In this document: positions 11,721 to 25,659 of the stretch, in pieces
Numbering within the stretch: the stretch's first letter is position 1
Layout of the letters: each line of letters starts with the position of its first letter
From: Eledone cirrhosa
Lineage: Eukaryota
Assembly: GCA_964016885.1 (NCBI GenBank)
Contig: OZ024742.1
Coordinates: 203,546,001-203,610,000 of the forward strand
Direction of reading: 5' to 3'
DNA: 64,000 nucleotides
The notes under the pieces: model-generated
Told to the model about the DNA's origin: nothing
The model's database searches: none
What the model saw: the letters and a program-made list of their open reading frames with translations, nothing else
Position numbers and translations under genes: made by a program

Positions 11721-13866
11721 ATGATGGCAAAATAGTCAATTAGTTCAGTTTCTTCTCTACTTTCTCGATATTTTGCATCAAGAAGCTTTGAAGAGAGAAA
11801 GAATATTATCATTCTTGGAAGAGAGAAACCTAAGCTTGAAATTAAGACAAAGACGAAAGTGAGCGGCAAGGAATGTTATCGTTATTTTGATTCCAAATAT
11901 GAACCATATGAGTGGATGACGGGATGTCCCATTCTGAACAAATTGTTCTGTTTCCAATGTCTGTTGTTTTGTCACCGGTTACTGCGATTTTGTCACCGGT
12001 TACTGCGATTTGAACAATTTGATTACAGCTTTGACAAGACACAAAAAATCTCAGAACTACTTGAGCTCCGTAATTGCTCTGAAAACCTTTGGTCGACATC
12101 GAATTGATATAGAGATCGATCACTGGAAAGCAGCTTCGATTCAGTTGCATAATAGAACTGTTGAGAAAAATCGTGATGTAGTGAAAAGGTTAATTCATTG
12201 TGTTGAAATTTTGGCCTGTTAAGAATTATCAATTCGAGGATACGATGAAACAGAAGACTCAAACAATAAGGGTCATTTTTTGGTTATATGTGAAGCAGTA
12301 GCGGAATACGATGATTGTTTAAGATCGCATTAATATTTCGTGAAGAAAAATGCTAACTGTATATTTTCTGGACTTTCAAGTGATATTCAAAACGAGATCA
12401 TTAATTGTATAGCTGCTAAAATTAAATGTGAAATTAAAGCAATGATCGAAAAAACATCCTTTGTTGCTGTTATGTTTGATGAGACGATGGATTGTCGAAT
12501 GAAATCTCAATTATCACGTGTTTTGTGATTTGTATATGAGAAAGAACAGCCTCAAGAAAGGTTTTGGGGATACCTCGATGTTAGTAAAGATAGAAGAGCT
12601 GCATCGCTGACAGAAGAAGTTCGAAAATTCGTTAATGAATTCAATTGTGGTAAAAAATTCATTGCTCAAACTTATGATGGAGCTAGTGTGATGGCTAGGC
12701 ATTTGAACGGAGTGCAAGCAAGAATAAAGGAGAATTTTTGGTGCAAACGTTCATTGTTATGCACATTCACTTAATTTGATACTATCTCAATCAGTTTCAA
12801 GTATTCGTGAATGTCGAATCTTCTTTAAAACTTTAAAAGGAATTTCATCTTTTTTTTCTAAATCAACAACTCGAATAGCTCTATTGGAAGGCGATTTCCA
12901 AAATTATCTGAAACACGTTGGAATTATTCATCTCGACAGGTATCTATTTTATCCAATAAAATTACTGTTTTCTGAACTATTTTCAACAATATTAGAAAAT
13001 CCAGAGGGTTGGAATGCTTCAGAATTAGCACAGGCAAGAGGATTTGTTGCAATCCTCGAAGATTTTCAATTTAGATTTCTGTTAGTAGTTTTTGAAACCA
13101 TATTGTGTGGGTCAGGAATTCTGTTTTCGATTCTTCAAAAAAGTTCACTTGATATTTCGAGGTGCATTCATGAGGTGGAAAACTTCCAAAAATAATTAGT
13201 TAATATCAAGAACAACAAGTTTGGGGGATTTTACTGCCGGGTTCTGGATGATGTTGCTGAACCACCAGAGAAGCGTAGTCGATATCAAGAACCACAAGGT
13301 GCTTTAAGAACTTTGTTTAACAACATTTTGGATGAAGTTATTGTTCGCTTCGAGCAAAGATTTAAGACAATGGGAGATTTCAAATTTGTTGAATTGTTTA
13401 ATCCGAAGCTTTTTCACGCTTATGAAAGAAAATTTCCGACGGAAGCATTTTCTTCTTTGGATATCTATTCAAACATATTTGATTTGGATGGCTTGGAATG
13501 CGAGCTGAAATCAGTTTATTCTGCAGATTTTGCAAAGGAAGCGTCAAGCATCCAGAAAATCGCAGACATTATAATGGAACTTGAACTAAATGAAGCTCTG
13601 GCAGAAGTAACAAAATTATTACACCTAATTCTGACCATACCTGCTACATCTGCTTCATGGGAGAGATCGTTTTCTTCATTAAAGAGAGTTAATGATTATA
13701 TGAGGTGTTCTCAAAGTGAAGAGAAATTGAGCAATTCGGTCGTAATTTCCATGAACAAAGACCTTTGAAGAAGATGAAGGTAGAGCGAGGTCCTGATACA
13801 TTTTATAATAAAGTGATCGATGAATTTGCCAAAATGAATCGAAGAATTGAACGGATTTACAGATGA
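11721..13866 (+). pseudogene. hAT transposase pseudogene (TTF zinc finger, DUF4371/ZMYM1-like region, hATC dimerisation domain)
   Basis: EWMTGC..LFCFQCLLF; SSDIQNEII..FVAVMFDETMD; AQTYDGASVM; LILTIPATSASWERSFSSLKRV; multiple stops and frameshifts. Confidence 0.9.
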
Positions 13867-14199
13867 ATTTTAATAAAAGATCCCAATAAGTATGTATACT
13901 ATTTTAAATATTATTTCAAATTTTTATTATTTACTCATATTTCTAACGTAATCAATATCATGACAGGCTTGCTGCTAGGTTGTTATTAATGGGGAGACAT
14001 CGTGTTTAGTGGAGAGGGACTCAAGATTAGTCTGTTGGTAGACGGGCATTTTCTCATTAAAATTAGCTCACATCACATTTACAAATGGTGGAGAGGACTG
14101 AATAATTTTGCGAATTGGGGGGGGGGGGGGGGGGTTAAGGTTGCACAGCCCCACTTTCTGCCATGGCGATTGGACTGCATGCCCTGCTTTCCAGGTTAC

Positions 14200-14266
14200 T
14201 CTCGCAGGCCATCACGCCCTCAGTGGCTCCAAGTGGGAGCCGCTGAGGGCGTGATGGCCTGCGAGA
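14200..14266. other. GC-rich 31-bp-arm hairpin
   Basis: tctcgcaggccatcacgccctcagtggctcc-aagtg-ggagccgctgagggcgtgatggcctgcgaga; one mismatch (U-G on + strand). Confidence 0.9.
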
Positions 14267-14537
14267 TACACACTATCAGTGAAGAGACTGAAACACTAGA
14301 ATGCGGCAAAAGTAAATTAAAGAACCACCAGGCGGAACCCAGTGAGAGAAGAAATAAATAAACAAACAGGAGACGACCAGTGGACAAATGCTAATGGGAA
14401 GGAGACCAGAACCATGAAAAACAGAGACCCTGGGAAAATGAAAGCCCAAGTACTCAGTATGTTCTTCTAGAAAGAGACCTGCTAGCATGGAACATCAAGG
14501 ACAGGTTGCAGTTTAGCACACCCCAAACGAATCACTA

Positions 14538-14640
14538 TCAAGAGGATTGCTTCAATGAAGGAGATGAACTACTGGGAGAGGCCGAAAGAAGTAAAGCTCT
14601 ACTCCCTGGAGCGAAGATAGAAGATATATGAACAGCATGA
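14538..14640 (+). mobile_element. LINE ORF2 C-terminal fragment (family of 2190-3790)
   Basis: KRIASMKEMNYWERPKEVKLYSLERR. Confidence 0.7.
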
Positions 14641-14862
14641 GGCGGAGAACAAATTAAGGGTGGCAGAGTGAAACTCCTTCTTACCTCAATGACCAACCGA
14701 GGGAGGCTGGCTATAGAAAGTGTAGCCTCAATGGCAGTGCCACAACATGTCTTCAGATAGTCGGCTGGAACACGTAAAGGCATATACATATATAAATATA
14801 TATACATAAATACGCACACACACATATATACCCCCCCCCCCCTCCACACACACACACATATA

Positions 14863-14922
<60 letters not shown>

Positions 14923-14942
14923 ATATATATATATATATGTGT

Positions 14943-14991
<49 letters not shown>

Positions 14992-15274
14992 ACAATATAT
15001 ATGCTGAAGTCTGGGATTCAGTGAGTTGAAATAAATAGCAAAATCAACAACCACAATAAACAGAAAACAAAATAAAATGCCGGATATATTGCCTTTGATC
15101 GTTAGTTTGCTCCATTAGCCCTGACCTAGGGCTAACAACAACAACAACTCAGACAACAGCAACAACTTAGACAACATAGTGTACTACTCAAAAGAGATGG
15201 AAAATAAACAAGGAGGAATTAAAATAAATGATAAACCATACCAAGTTCTTGAACTCCAGTCAAAAACAAATAGT

Positions 15275-15985
15275 CATGTAACAGCAGCATCATGTTCATC
15301 ATTATCATTGTTATTATGATGATGATGATGATCATCATCATCATCATCATCATAGCAAACAGCACTGCGGCCGCCAAGATCATCATTATCATCAAAACAA
15401 AAAAACGCTGCGGCGGTCAACACCACCGCCACCACCAATACCACCAAAATCATAGACAACACAAACAACACAGCTACCGCCAATACCACCGCCACCAATA
15501 CCACCATCATCATCAACAACACAAATACTGCGGCCGCCAACACCACGATCACCTATTTTAATATCATCATCACCATCGTCAACACAAATAACATTTGGGC
15601 GGCCTATACCACCGCCGCCACCAATAACAGCAACATCATCACCGTCATCATCATCAACACGAACAACACTGCGGTCATCAACGCCACCACCACCATCACC
15701 AATACCACCATCATCATCAACAACACAAACACTGCGGCCGTCAACACCACCGCCACCAATAATAATATCATCATCATCTTCAAGACAAATAACATTTGGG
15801 CGGCCTATACCACCACCGCCACCAATAACAGCAACATCATCATCAATAGGAACAACACTGCGGTCATCAACACCACCACGACCGCCACCAATACCACCAA
15901 CATCATCATCCTCACCCTGATCACCATACCAACTAAAACCCCTAAAGACACCATACCCACCACCACCACCATTATCACGACCATC
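15275..15985. repeat. Compound CAC/CAT/CAA triplet repeat with recurring actgcggccgcc motif
   Basis: Direct reading; aacatttgggcggcctatacacc is duplicated (~15590, ~15791). Confidence 0.85.
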
Positions 15986-16315
15986 GATCCAGAACTTTTC
16001 TTTCTTTGACCCCTCTCCTCTACGAATCCACTCTAGCTTTGTTCTTGTTTTGTTTTTCTTTCTCTTATATTTTCATGTTTTTTTTGTTTGAATATTTTTA
16101 TTTTTTCTGTATATTTCTTTTTTATTTATTTGATTTTTATTTATTTTTTATATATTTTCTTTCTTTTTTTCTATTTGCCTGATTTCCATTTTCATATTTC
16201 ACGGTTTTGAAAGCATTTGATGTAGATTTTAGTGGATCTTAATCGACACTGCTTGATCGGGCTATAATACATGCATACATACATACACACGTACACACAC
16301 ATACACATACATGTA

Positions 16316-16407
<92 letters not shown>

Positions 16408-16434
16408 GATATATAGATATATAGATATAGATAT

Positions 16435-16510
<76 letters not shown>

Positions 16511-16963
16511 ACAGGGAGAAAGAGACGATTATGAGGAAGAAAAATATATTTTTTTCCTTTTTTGTTTCTCTCTCTCTTTTTTTCTGGGTTAGAAAATGAT
16601 TAAAACGAAATGTTTACTTTGTGTGAAGTGTTAAGGTATTAGTTGCTATATATATATATATATATACATACGTATATATATATATACAGATATATATATA
16701 TGTATATGTATATATATATATACAGATATATATATATATATAAATTTGTCAGCATTTTCTTTTCCTTTTTACTAATATATATATTATATATATATTCACA
16801 TACAAATGCTTATATGTTCATATATATTTTGTATAATTATGCTCTGTGCATATGCTTGTACATGTAAATATGTATATATTTATCTGTGTATGTGTGTGTA
16901 TGTGTGTGTGCATGCGTGTGTGTGTGAGTGTGCATGAGTGTGTGTGTGTGTGTGTGTGTGCAT

Positions 16964-17027
<64 letters not shown>

Positions 17028-17029
17028 AT

Positions 17030-17087
<58 letters not shown>

Positions 17088-17647
17088 AAGGCTATGTAGA
17101 GAAGCAGGCATGCACAACTCACCTCAAGACGTTTTCGAAGGTAGTAGTGTTTGGGGTTGTGCAGTGATAGTAACAGAAAAGAAAAAAATGCGTACAGAGC
17201 TAGTTTACATGAGTGCACGTTTTAATAGCTACGAGGTGCATTACAAGTAGACAAACAAACATACCCTACATATGTGTACACGTGAAACTAACCAATCCTC
17301 TCTACCTACATGCCTATTATCGCTATCCATCCATCATATCTATTCATTCGTCCATTTCTCTATTCCCCTGTATCTCTCTACCCCTCTTCTACCCTCCCTC
17401 ACTCTATGTTTATGTATCTGTTTCTCTGTGTCTGTGTTTATCTGTCTGTGTCTGTCTAGAAGTATGGTTGCTAATTGTAGGGTGGGTTCGTTATTGCTAG
17501 AAGCAAAAGACCTGCTCTTTCAAAATGTACACACATACACACAAACACGCAGACATGCACACACACACACATTTCTGTCTCCTCGCACAGGCACTCGCAA
17601 AAATATACAAACACACGCACATACACACTCACTCTCTCTCTGTCTTG

Positions 17648-17768
<121 letters not shown>

Positions 17769-17838
17769 CATACATATATGTATATAATATATATATATAT
17801 ATATATAATATATATATATACATATATATTATATATAA

Positions 17839-17877
17839 ATAAAAACAAATAACGAAACGAAATTAAATTTCGTTTCG

Positions 17878-17879
<2 letters not shown>
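17839..17879 (-). mobile_element. 40-bp terminal fragment of the 467-bp retrozyme-like unit inside (TA)n
   Basis: ataaaaacaaataacgaaacgaaattaaatttcgtttcgt identical to 40613-40652. Confidence 0.85.
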
Positions 17880-17948
<69 letters not shown>

Positions 17949-18302
17949 ACACACACACACACAGATATATATCTATATCATACACACAACACAAGCATGC
18001 ACACAAATAATTAATTTGTCCCAGGAGAGGATAAAAGTTGTATTTGCTGAAGTTTAGTGAAAGATTCATCTGAAATTCCAAATGAAATAAATGTATCCTA
18101 GGGGAATCTTTATCTTATATTAAAAATAAAGAGATGGGGCGTAGCGAGGATTGATGACTTTTTTCCGGGGATCAAAGGTGAAATATTTGCTGAAGCAAAT
18201 CATTTTAAGTATTTTTCATCATTATGAGATATGTACTAGCTTTTGCTACACGAAGGTGTGTAGATGTGTGAGATGTAGCAGTGGTGGGTTTATGTATTTG
18301 TT

Positions 18303-18374
<72 letters not shown>

Positions 18375-18398
18375 TATATGTATGTTTGTATTTATTTG

Positions 18399-18488
<90 letters not shown>

Positions 18489-18518
18489 CATATATTTATG
18501 TATGTTTGTATTTATTTG

Positions 18519-18589
<71 letters not shown>

Positions 18590-19508
18590 GTATGTATGTA
18601 TGTATATATGTATGTATGTTATAATTTCACAAATGTTTGCCAATAGAGAGAGAGTCGGTTTCTAACATAGACACAAGACTCTCTCATTGGAATTCACACA
18701 TCAACTAGGTAGATATGTATGTATGTCTGCATGTATGCATGTGTGTGCAGGTATGGATGTTATTGTATATGTGGATGTGCATGTTTTAAGTTGTATGTGT
18801 GCATGTGCATACGCTTTGTATCTGTTCATGTGTATATGCAGTTATTAGACGCAAAATGTTTGAAATGTTTTACATATTTTTACTGTTCCATATGTACGTA
18901 CGTATGTATTAGGCGATGCCACTAATTAAAAGTCAATATGTTCGTGAGTGGGTGAGTGTGTGTGTGTCTGTGTGTGTGTGTGTGTCGGAGGTGTGTCAGA
19001 AGTTTGACGAAGGTGTGGCAGTGGTTGAATGTATATTAACTCCCTTAAACTACGGAATTGACAGCAGTCGCTGCCACCACCACCACCCTAGTACCTGTAA
19101 TACTACCAGAGCTATCCAGAGGAAGACACATGGCTTAGTGATTTTGGTGTTTGTAATCTTATGAGTTCGAATCTTGTCAATGTGTTTTGCCCTTAAGCAA
19201 TACCCTTTCCTTCTCAATTTTTGTCTCACAACATACTTCCTACTCGTCTTCCGCTTTCCTTTATATAAAAACTTCACCCCATCTCTGCCATTTCTTTTAT
19301 GATTATTACTTCAATCCACCACCTCACTCTGTTCAAATGAAGTGAAACAAACACCGAAGCATTTAATTCGACACTCTGCCACTTCGCCACAATTATCTCT
19401 AGAATAGGACCAGCAAAATGAACCTCTACAAGTAAAAACTTTATCGAGCTTAAAATTTATTTGGCCGAAGCTTATGGCAGTTTTATGTGGTGAAAATTAT
19501 CTGAGTAT

Positions 19509-19655
19509 GAAGGTGCGTGGCTTACGCTTAAGGTTTTTTTGGCTCACGATTATAAGGTCATGAATTCGATTCCCAGCGACGGGTTGTATCCTGTGCAAAA
19601 TATTTTATTTCGTGTTACTCCAGTCCACCCAGCTGAAAATATGAGTTGTGTCTAT
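19509..19655 (+). mobile_element. Decayed tRNA-derived SINE
   Basis: gcgtggctta..ggctcacgat..gaattcgattccc head; ctccagtccacccagctg..atgagt body. Confidence 0.6.
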
Positions 19656-20851
19656 AATTAAAAGTGCTTGTAGCGATACATGGTCGTACTATTTTATCGC
19701 TGTGGCTTAATTTAGCCGTGCTTGGTCAGTCTCCAGCCCTGTAGGTTTGGTGACGTATGAATACAAATAACCACTTCCGACCAGCAGTAGAACGTATCTT
19801 TTTCAAAAGTAGCTTGTAGTTGCGTTTTGGACGCTAGTAGTGCAACAGCTTGTAACTAGTTTTCCTACTGTTTTGATGTCTCTCTCTAGCATTGAGAGTA
19901 GTTCGTTAGACGGCCTTTAAGGGATTTACCATTTATCCGTCAATTTTGTTTTACCAAATATTCCAATCCCTTACGCAGGCAACATTATTCTCCTTCCTAC
20001 AACCAGCTTTGGGAATTTTACTAACTTTGATAGTGACAGTAAGTAAGGAAAAATTAGTGCCTGTCTCACTACATTTTTCGCCTACTAAAAAATATCGATT
20101 TCACTGATATCTTCACAGAGAAAACCTTGCTTCATACACTGTGTACGCGTGTTCAAACCAATAAAACAAATTATTTTTGTATAAAATCTAGGGCTGATAT
20201 ATTTTTGGAACCATTGGAACACTTCCTCTACATCTCCGTCTTCCTAAAGGGGCAATCTTGCTAAAAAGTGATAATGTCTACTAAAGGTTTGCTTTGACAC
20301 TCATTTTGTCAGGCTGGATGACACGAGAATTATGTTAGAGGTATACTGGTCAGTGAAAAATCCAGCAATTTGTACGTTACTTACATGAGCACGCTGCTGT
20401 TTCATTGTTCAAATAACTGGAACAGTCATCATAGATAACAATGGAATTCCTTCAGCACTAAGAGGCGGGACACTTGGAGGGAATGCTAGCAGGGATAAAT
20501 AGTTCAGATAAATCGTTTGGAAGAGAAACAAGACAAAGTGCCGTGGCTCAAGAATACAACGGTGACATCTTATGTTCATGAAACAAATCTAATTTAAATT
20601 AACAGTTATCAAATCAAACATATTCTGGGGTAGTTTCCTCCCAACGTGCATACACGAGGATGTATGTATGCATATATATATATATATATATATATTAATT
20701 TTATTAAGACTAAATAGTGGGTTATTAATCTGGAGTTTCGACTAATAAGCAAACGAAACTCCAAAGTAACAAGATTCACTCATTAGTCTTAATAAAGTGA
20801 ATATTAAAACTGTATTTCAGTTTTGAGTACTCCTTTCTTTCAGTCATCAAC

Positions 20852-21190
<339 letters not shown>

Positions 21191-21233
21191 GCATGTATAT
21201 ATAGCGTCTAGGCATGGGCATATATAAATATAA

Positions 21234-22620
21234 TCTAATATATATTTGTGAAATGGGCAGTGGTTGAAATTCAAATGTGCACGGTTAAATGGTAGTAGAC
21301 GTGGTCGGACTGACATGAAAATTTACACACCTATGTAAAAAGTACCAAGGAAGTAAATAGACGAGGTTTCAAATCTCTAACTTGAAAAATGTGGTCCCTG
21401 GGGCCCCAAAACTATCGCGTTCGGTGAGTATTTCCCCCTGTTCTAATACTTTTGTCTTATTTACAATTTCATAATCATCGACATTGCTATTTCGCTGTTA
21501 ATAAACTATCATCCTTCTACATTTAACGACCATACAGTACCGTTTATTCTGCAGTACGGTCAGTTTTCCATCAAAAGAAATAAAACCCTTGGCGATACTT
21601 GGTTTTAGTGTCCTAAATTATCATCATCGACATTCAATTATTAGCTCCACCCACTACACGATACGTCACGAAGGTAAATGTTTCGAAAAAATTTTAAACT
21701 CTATATCGCAACAATATATTGTTTAAAGAAATTTTTTTTCTGCTGTTAAAAGCTGTAAATCTGTTTTTAAAAAAATGTATTTCGCAGCAATTTTTTTTCT
21801 GTTAAAAACTGTAAATTCATGTAAAAATGAAGCATAGTTTTTCGGTTAAATACATTTTTTTTAAAAATAGATTTACAGTTTTAAACAACAGAAAAAAAAT
21901 TTCTTTAATCAATATATTGTTGCGATATACAGTTTAACATTTTTTCGAAACATTTACCTTCGTGACGTATCGTGTGTTAAAAAAAAAATGTATTTCGCAG
22001 CAATTTTTTTTCTGTTAAGAACTGTAAAAATGAAGCATAGTGTTTCGGTTAAAAACTTAAAAACTTAAAAACTGTAAATAAATATTTATTTTGTTCAAAA
22101 AATAAATCAAAAATCTAATTTTCTCTGTTAATATTTTAATAAATATTTATTCTAAAAATTCAATGTTTTTTCGTGTAAAAATGAAGCATGTAAGAAAATG
22201 AACATGTAAAAAATCAAGCAGTAGCAGCAGCTGATGACGCGTCGTGACGTTTCGTGTAGTGGGTGGAGCTAATAATTGAATGTCAATGATGATAATTTAG
22301 GACACTAAAACCAAGTATCGCGAAGTATTGGCGAAATTGCGAAGAAGGGACGCGTGTTTTTATTTTAATTCTAATACATGTTAACCACCACTAACAGTAA
22401 GTAATAGTTTCAAATTGCATATCATCGACATTGCTATTTCGCTGTTAATAAAGAACGCTTTTCACGTCGCTCCACTTCTCATTGTACGCCGTCCAGCCCC
22501 AAGTGCATATTTCTATATTTTTTCCTGAAACTGCTTCTTTATAATAAACTTTCAATAATATTTTTCAAATTATTAACTTAATAAAAAGTGGCCCCGGGTG
22601 CAACCGGGCTCAGCTACTAG
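21234..22620 (+). mobile_element. Non-autonomous Helitron
   Basis: a|TCtaatata start; 3' hairpin gccccgggtgcaaccgggc followed by CTAG (22617-22620). Confidence 0.8.
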
Positions 22621-22863
22621 TCTAATATATATTTGTGAAATGGGTGGTGGTTGAAATTCAGATGTGCACGGTTAAATGGTAGTAGACGTCGTCTGACTGA
22701 CATGAAAATGTACACACCTATGTAAAAAGTGCCAAGAGAGAAGCAAAAAGACCAGGTTTCAAATCTCTAACTTGAAAAATGTGGTCCCTGGGGCCCCAAA
22801 ACTATCGTGTTCGGTGAGTTATTTCCCTCTGTTCTAATACTTTTGTCTTATTTACAATTTCAT
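22621..22863 (+). mobile_element. Second, 3'-truncated tandem copy of the Helitron
   Basis: Direct repeat of 21234-~21472 beginning immediately after CTAG. Confidence 0.8.
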
Positions 22864-22918
22864 ACAAATAAAGCAGTAAATAAAGGATTATGAGTTCATG
22901 CAATTGACTTATGTTTCG

Positions 22919-22950
<32 letters not shown>

Positions 22951-22952
<2 letters not shown>

Positions 22953-24551
22953 AAATTAAGATATATCAAATGAATTTAATCTAAATCAAAATTATGGGTG
23001 TCATGCCAGAAAGACATGCGCCATATCACCCGCAAAATAAGCTCTAAGATTCTAACGAGTAGGTCCGAGCATTTTATAATAACTAGAAATTGATTAACAT
23101 ATAAATAAACATGAATAATCACAGGAGATCATTTTTACAAGTGTGTAACCACACATAGCTAGGTAGGTAACTAAATAAAGTTGACCATAACTTCAAAAAT
23201 AGATACCTTATAATATGATTAATCTTCCCTGTATATATTCCATTAAAGAAATATATTTCACCAATTAATCGGATGGTAAACCACGGAAGTGGAGACTTGG
23301 ATTTTCAACAAGGAAGAAGTTCCAGCGATCCGTGTTTACACTTCAAGTTCAAATCAGCGACTGGCCAGTAACACGTGCTATATTTACTAGAAATACACCA
23401 ATCATACGAGCTTCGTCCCAGTGGCGTGAATACGGTTATCGACAACTAGAAACAGCTTATTTTGCGGGTGATATGGCGCATGTCTTTTTGGCATGACACC
23501 CATAATTTTGATTTAGATTAAATTCATTTGATTTATCTTAATTTTGGATATAGATATATAAATACGGCTCCTTAATTGTAGAGCTAGCTCTGTTGAATGG
23601 ACTCGACTGCTGTTTCTAGTTGTCGATAACCCTATTCACGCCACTGGGACGAAGCTAGTATGATGTGTGTATTTCTAGTAAATATAGCACGTGTTACTGG
23701 CCAGTCGCTGATTTGAACTTGAAGTGTAAACACGGATCGCTGGAACTTCTTCCTTGTTGAAAATCCAAGTCTCCTCTTCCGTGGTTTACCATCCGATTAA
23801 TTGGTGAAATATATTTCTTTAATGGAATATATACAGGGAAGATTAATCATATTATAAGGTATCTATTTTTGAAGTTCTGGTCAATTTTATTTAGTTACCT
23901 ACCTAGCTATGTGTGGTTACGTCCTTGTAAAAATTATCTCCTGTGATTATTCATGTTTATTTATATGTTAATCAATTTCTAGTTATTATAAAAGGCTCGG
24001 ACCTACTCGTTAGAATCTTAGAGCTTATTTTGCGGGTGATATGACGCATGTCTTTCTGGTATGACACCCATAATTTTGATTTAGATTAAATTCATTTGAT
24101 TTATCTTAATTTTGGATATAGATATATAAATACGGCTCCTTAATTGTAGAGCTAGCTCTGTTGAATGGACTCGACTGCTGTTTCTAGTTGTCGATAACCC
24201 TATTCACGCCACTGGGACGAAGCTAGTATGATGTGTGTATTTCTAGTAAATATAGCACGTGTTACTGACCAGTCGCTGATTTGAACTTGAAGTGTAAACA
24301 CGGATCGCTGGAACTTCTTCCTTGTTGAAAATCCAAGTCTCCTCTTCCGTGGTTTACCATCCGATTAATTGGTGAAATATATTCCTTTAATGGAATATAT
24401 ACAGGGAAGATTAATCATATTATAAGGTATCTATTTTTGAAGTTCTGGTCAACTTTATTTAGTTACCTACCTAGCTATGTGTGGTTACACACTTGTAAAA
24501 ATGATCTCCTGTGATTATTCCTGTTTATTTATATGTTAATCAATTTCTAGT

Positions 24552-24556
<5 letters not shown>
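22951..24556. mobile_element. 568-bp non-coding tandem element: inverted arm (22951-23454) plus ~1.9 direct units, flanked by (TA)n
   Basis: gcttattttgcggg at 23455 and 24023; left arm is the reverse complement. Confidence 0.85.
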
Positions 24557-24605
<49 letters not shown>

Positions 24606-24607
<2 letters not shown>

Positions 24608-24963
24608 AAAGTTATATTTAAAATTGTTGGGTTACAACTAGTAAATATTTATAACTGATATAAAAGCACTCGACAAATATTTGGAGTATATTTACAATAT
24701 TAAATAAATGGAAACTATATTTATAAAACCATATTTATTTCATTATATATATTTCGGGGATATCATATTAACAATATACCAATTCAACCTCTTCAAATGC
24801 AAGTCGGTGTTGTTACGGTATGTCGAATCTATTTATCTATAAAACTGTTTATATTGTATTTTGTCTGAGGAAGACATAGCATATTGTTAATATGATATCC
24901 CCGAAATATATATAATGAAATAAATATGGTTTTATAAATATAGTTTCCATTTATTTAATATTG
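24606..24963. mobile_element. Fold-back insert in (TA)n carrying a hammerhead at 24857-24922 (+)
   Basis: Inverted arms ~24694-24777 and ~24881-24963; UAUUUUGU-CUGAGGA..GAAA-UAUAUA-UA^AUGAAAUA, base of stem II decayed. Confidence 0.7.
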
Positions 24964-25421
24964 TATATATATATATATATATATATATAATATGAAAACG
25001 CTTTAATAAAAAAAAATATCAACTGTAATATATGTATGCATGTATTTATGTGTTTATATGAGCGGGATATGCAAGTAAATCTTACTTTGTGGACAGCTTA
25101 TCCTTAGCATAATATTCATGCTAGGACAGCATATATTTGAAAGTTTTCAGGGATTTGAATTACTGATTTGGGATCGGCAGCTTTAGCATTGAAAAAAATG
25201 AAATGTGCAGTGTAAACATTTTTTATTATTCCTCCGGGGATGAATCTTCTCTGCATTTTTCCATCTCTTTCTTTCTCTTTGGAAGAAATCAGTCGTAGTA
25301 AGACCTAAAAAAATGGTTAGATACACCATGACGCACCGTGCATCACGGTGGAGTTGATAAAAAGACTCAGAACATGGCGTTGTGTGGGGTGGCTGGCAGC
25401 CCAATATTCCAGGGGGAGCAA

Positions 25422-25520
25422 AAGAAGAAGAAGAAGAAGAAGAAGAAGAAGAAGAAGAAGAAGAAGAAGAAGAAGAAGAAGAAGAAGAAGAAGAAGAAGA
25501 AGAAGAAGAAGAAGAAGAAG

Positions 25521-25550
<30 letters not shown>
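25422..25550. repeat. Perfect (GAA)n tract
   Basis: Direct reading. Confidence 0.95.
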
Positions 25551-25551
<1 letters not shown>

Positions 25552-25659
25552 GAGCTGGAGTCCTATCAAATATGTAGGTTGTGCTTAAATTGAAGGTTTA
25601 GTAGAAACAATTCATGTATAGTTTTGTACTTTTCTTTTTGTCATTCATATATAAACAAA

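Larger units (their letters stand above)
11052..14190 (+). mobile_element. hAT DNA transposon (ends approximate)
   Basis: Starts caggggcgaaggatccgtgcatgc; contains the transposase pseudogene; only a partial inverted match (actgcatgc) at the right end; no TSD found. Confidence 0.55.

Noticed and set aside
18090-18187. Possible type III hammerhead (AAUGUA^UCCU..AGGA-UUGAUGA-CUUU..AAAG-GU-GAAAUAUU)
   Set aside because: U3.G8, two extra bases before GAAA and only 4-bp helices in AT-rich DNA; could be chance.
20699-20797. Imperfect fold-back with cgaaactcc
   Set aside because: Probably an old member of the fold-back class, but no recoverable catalytic core.
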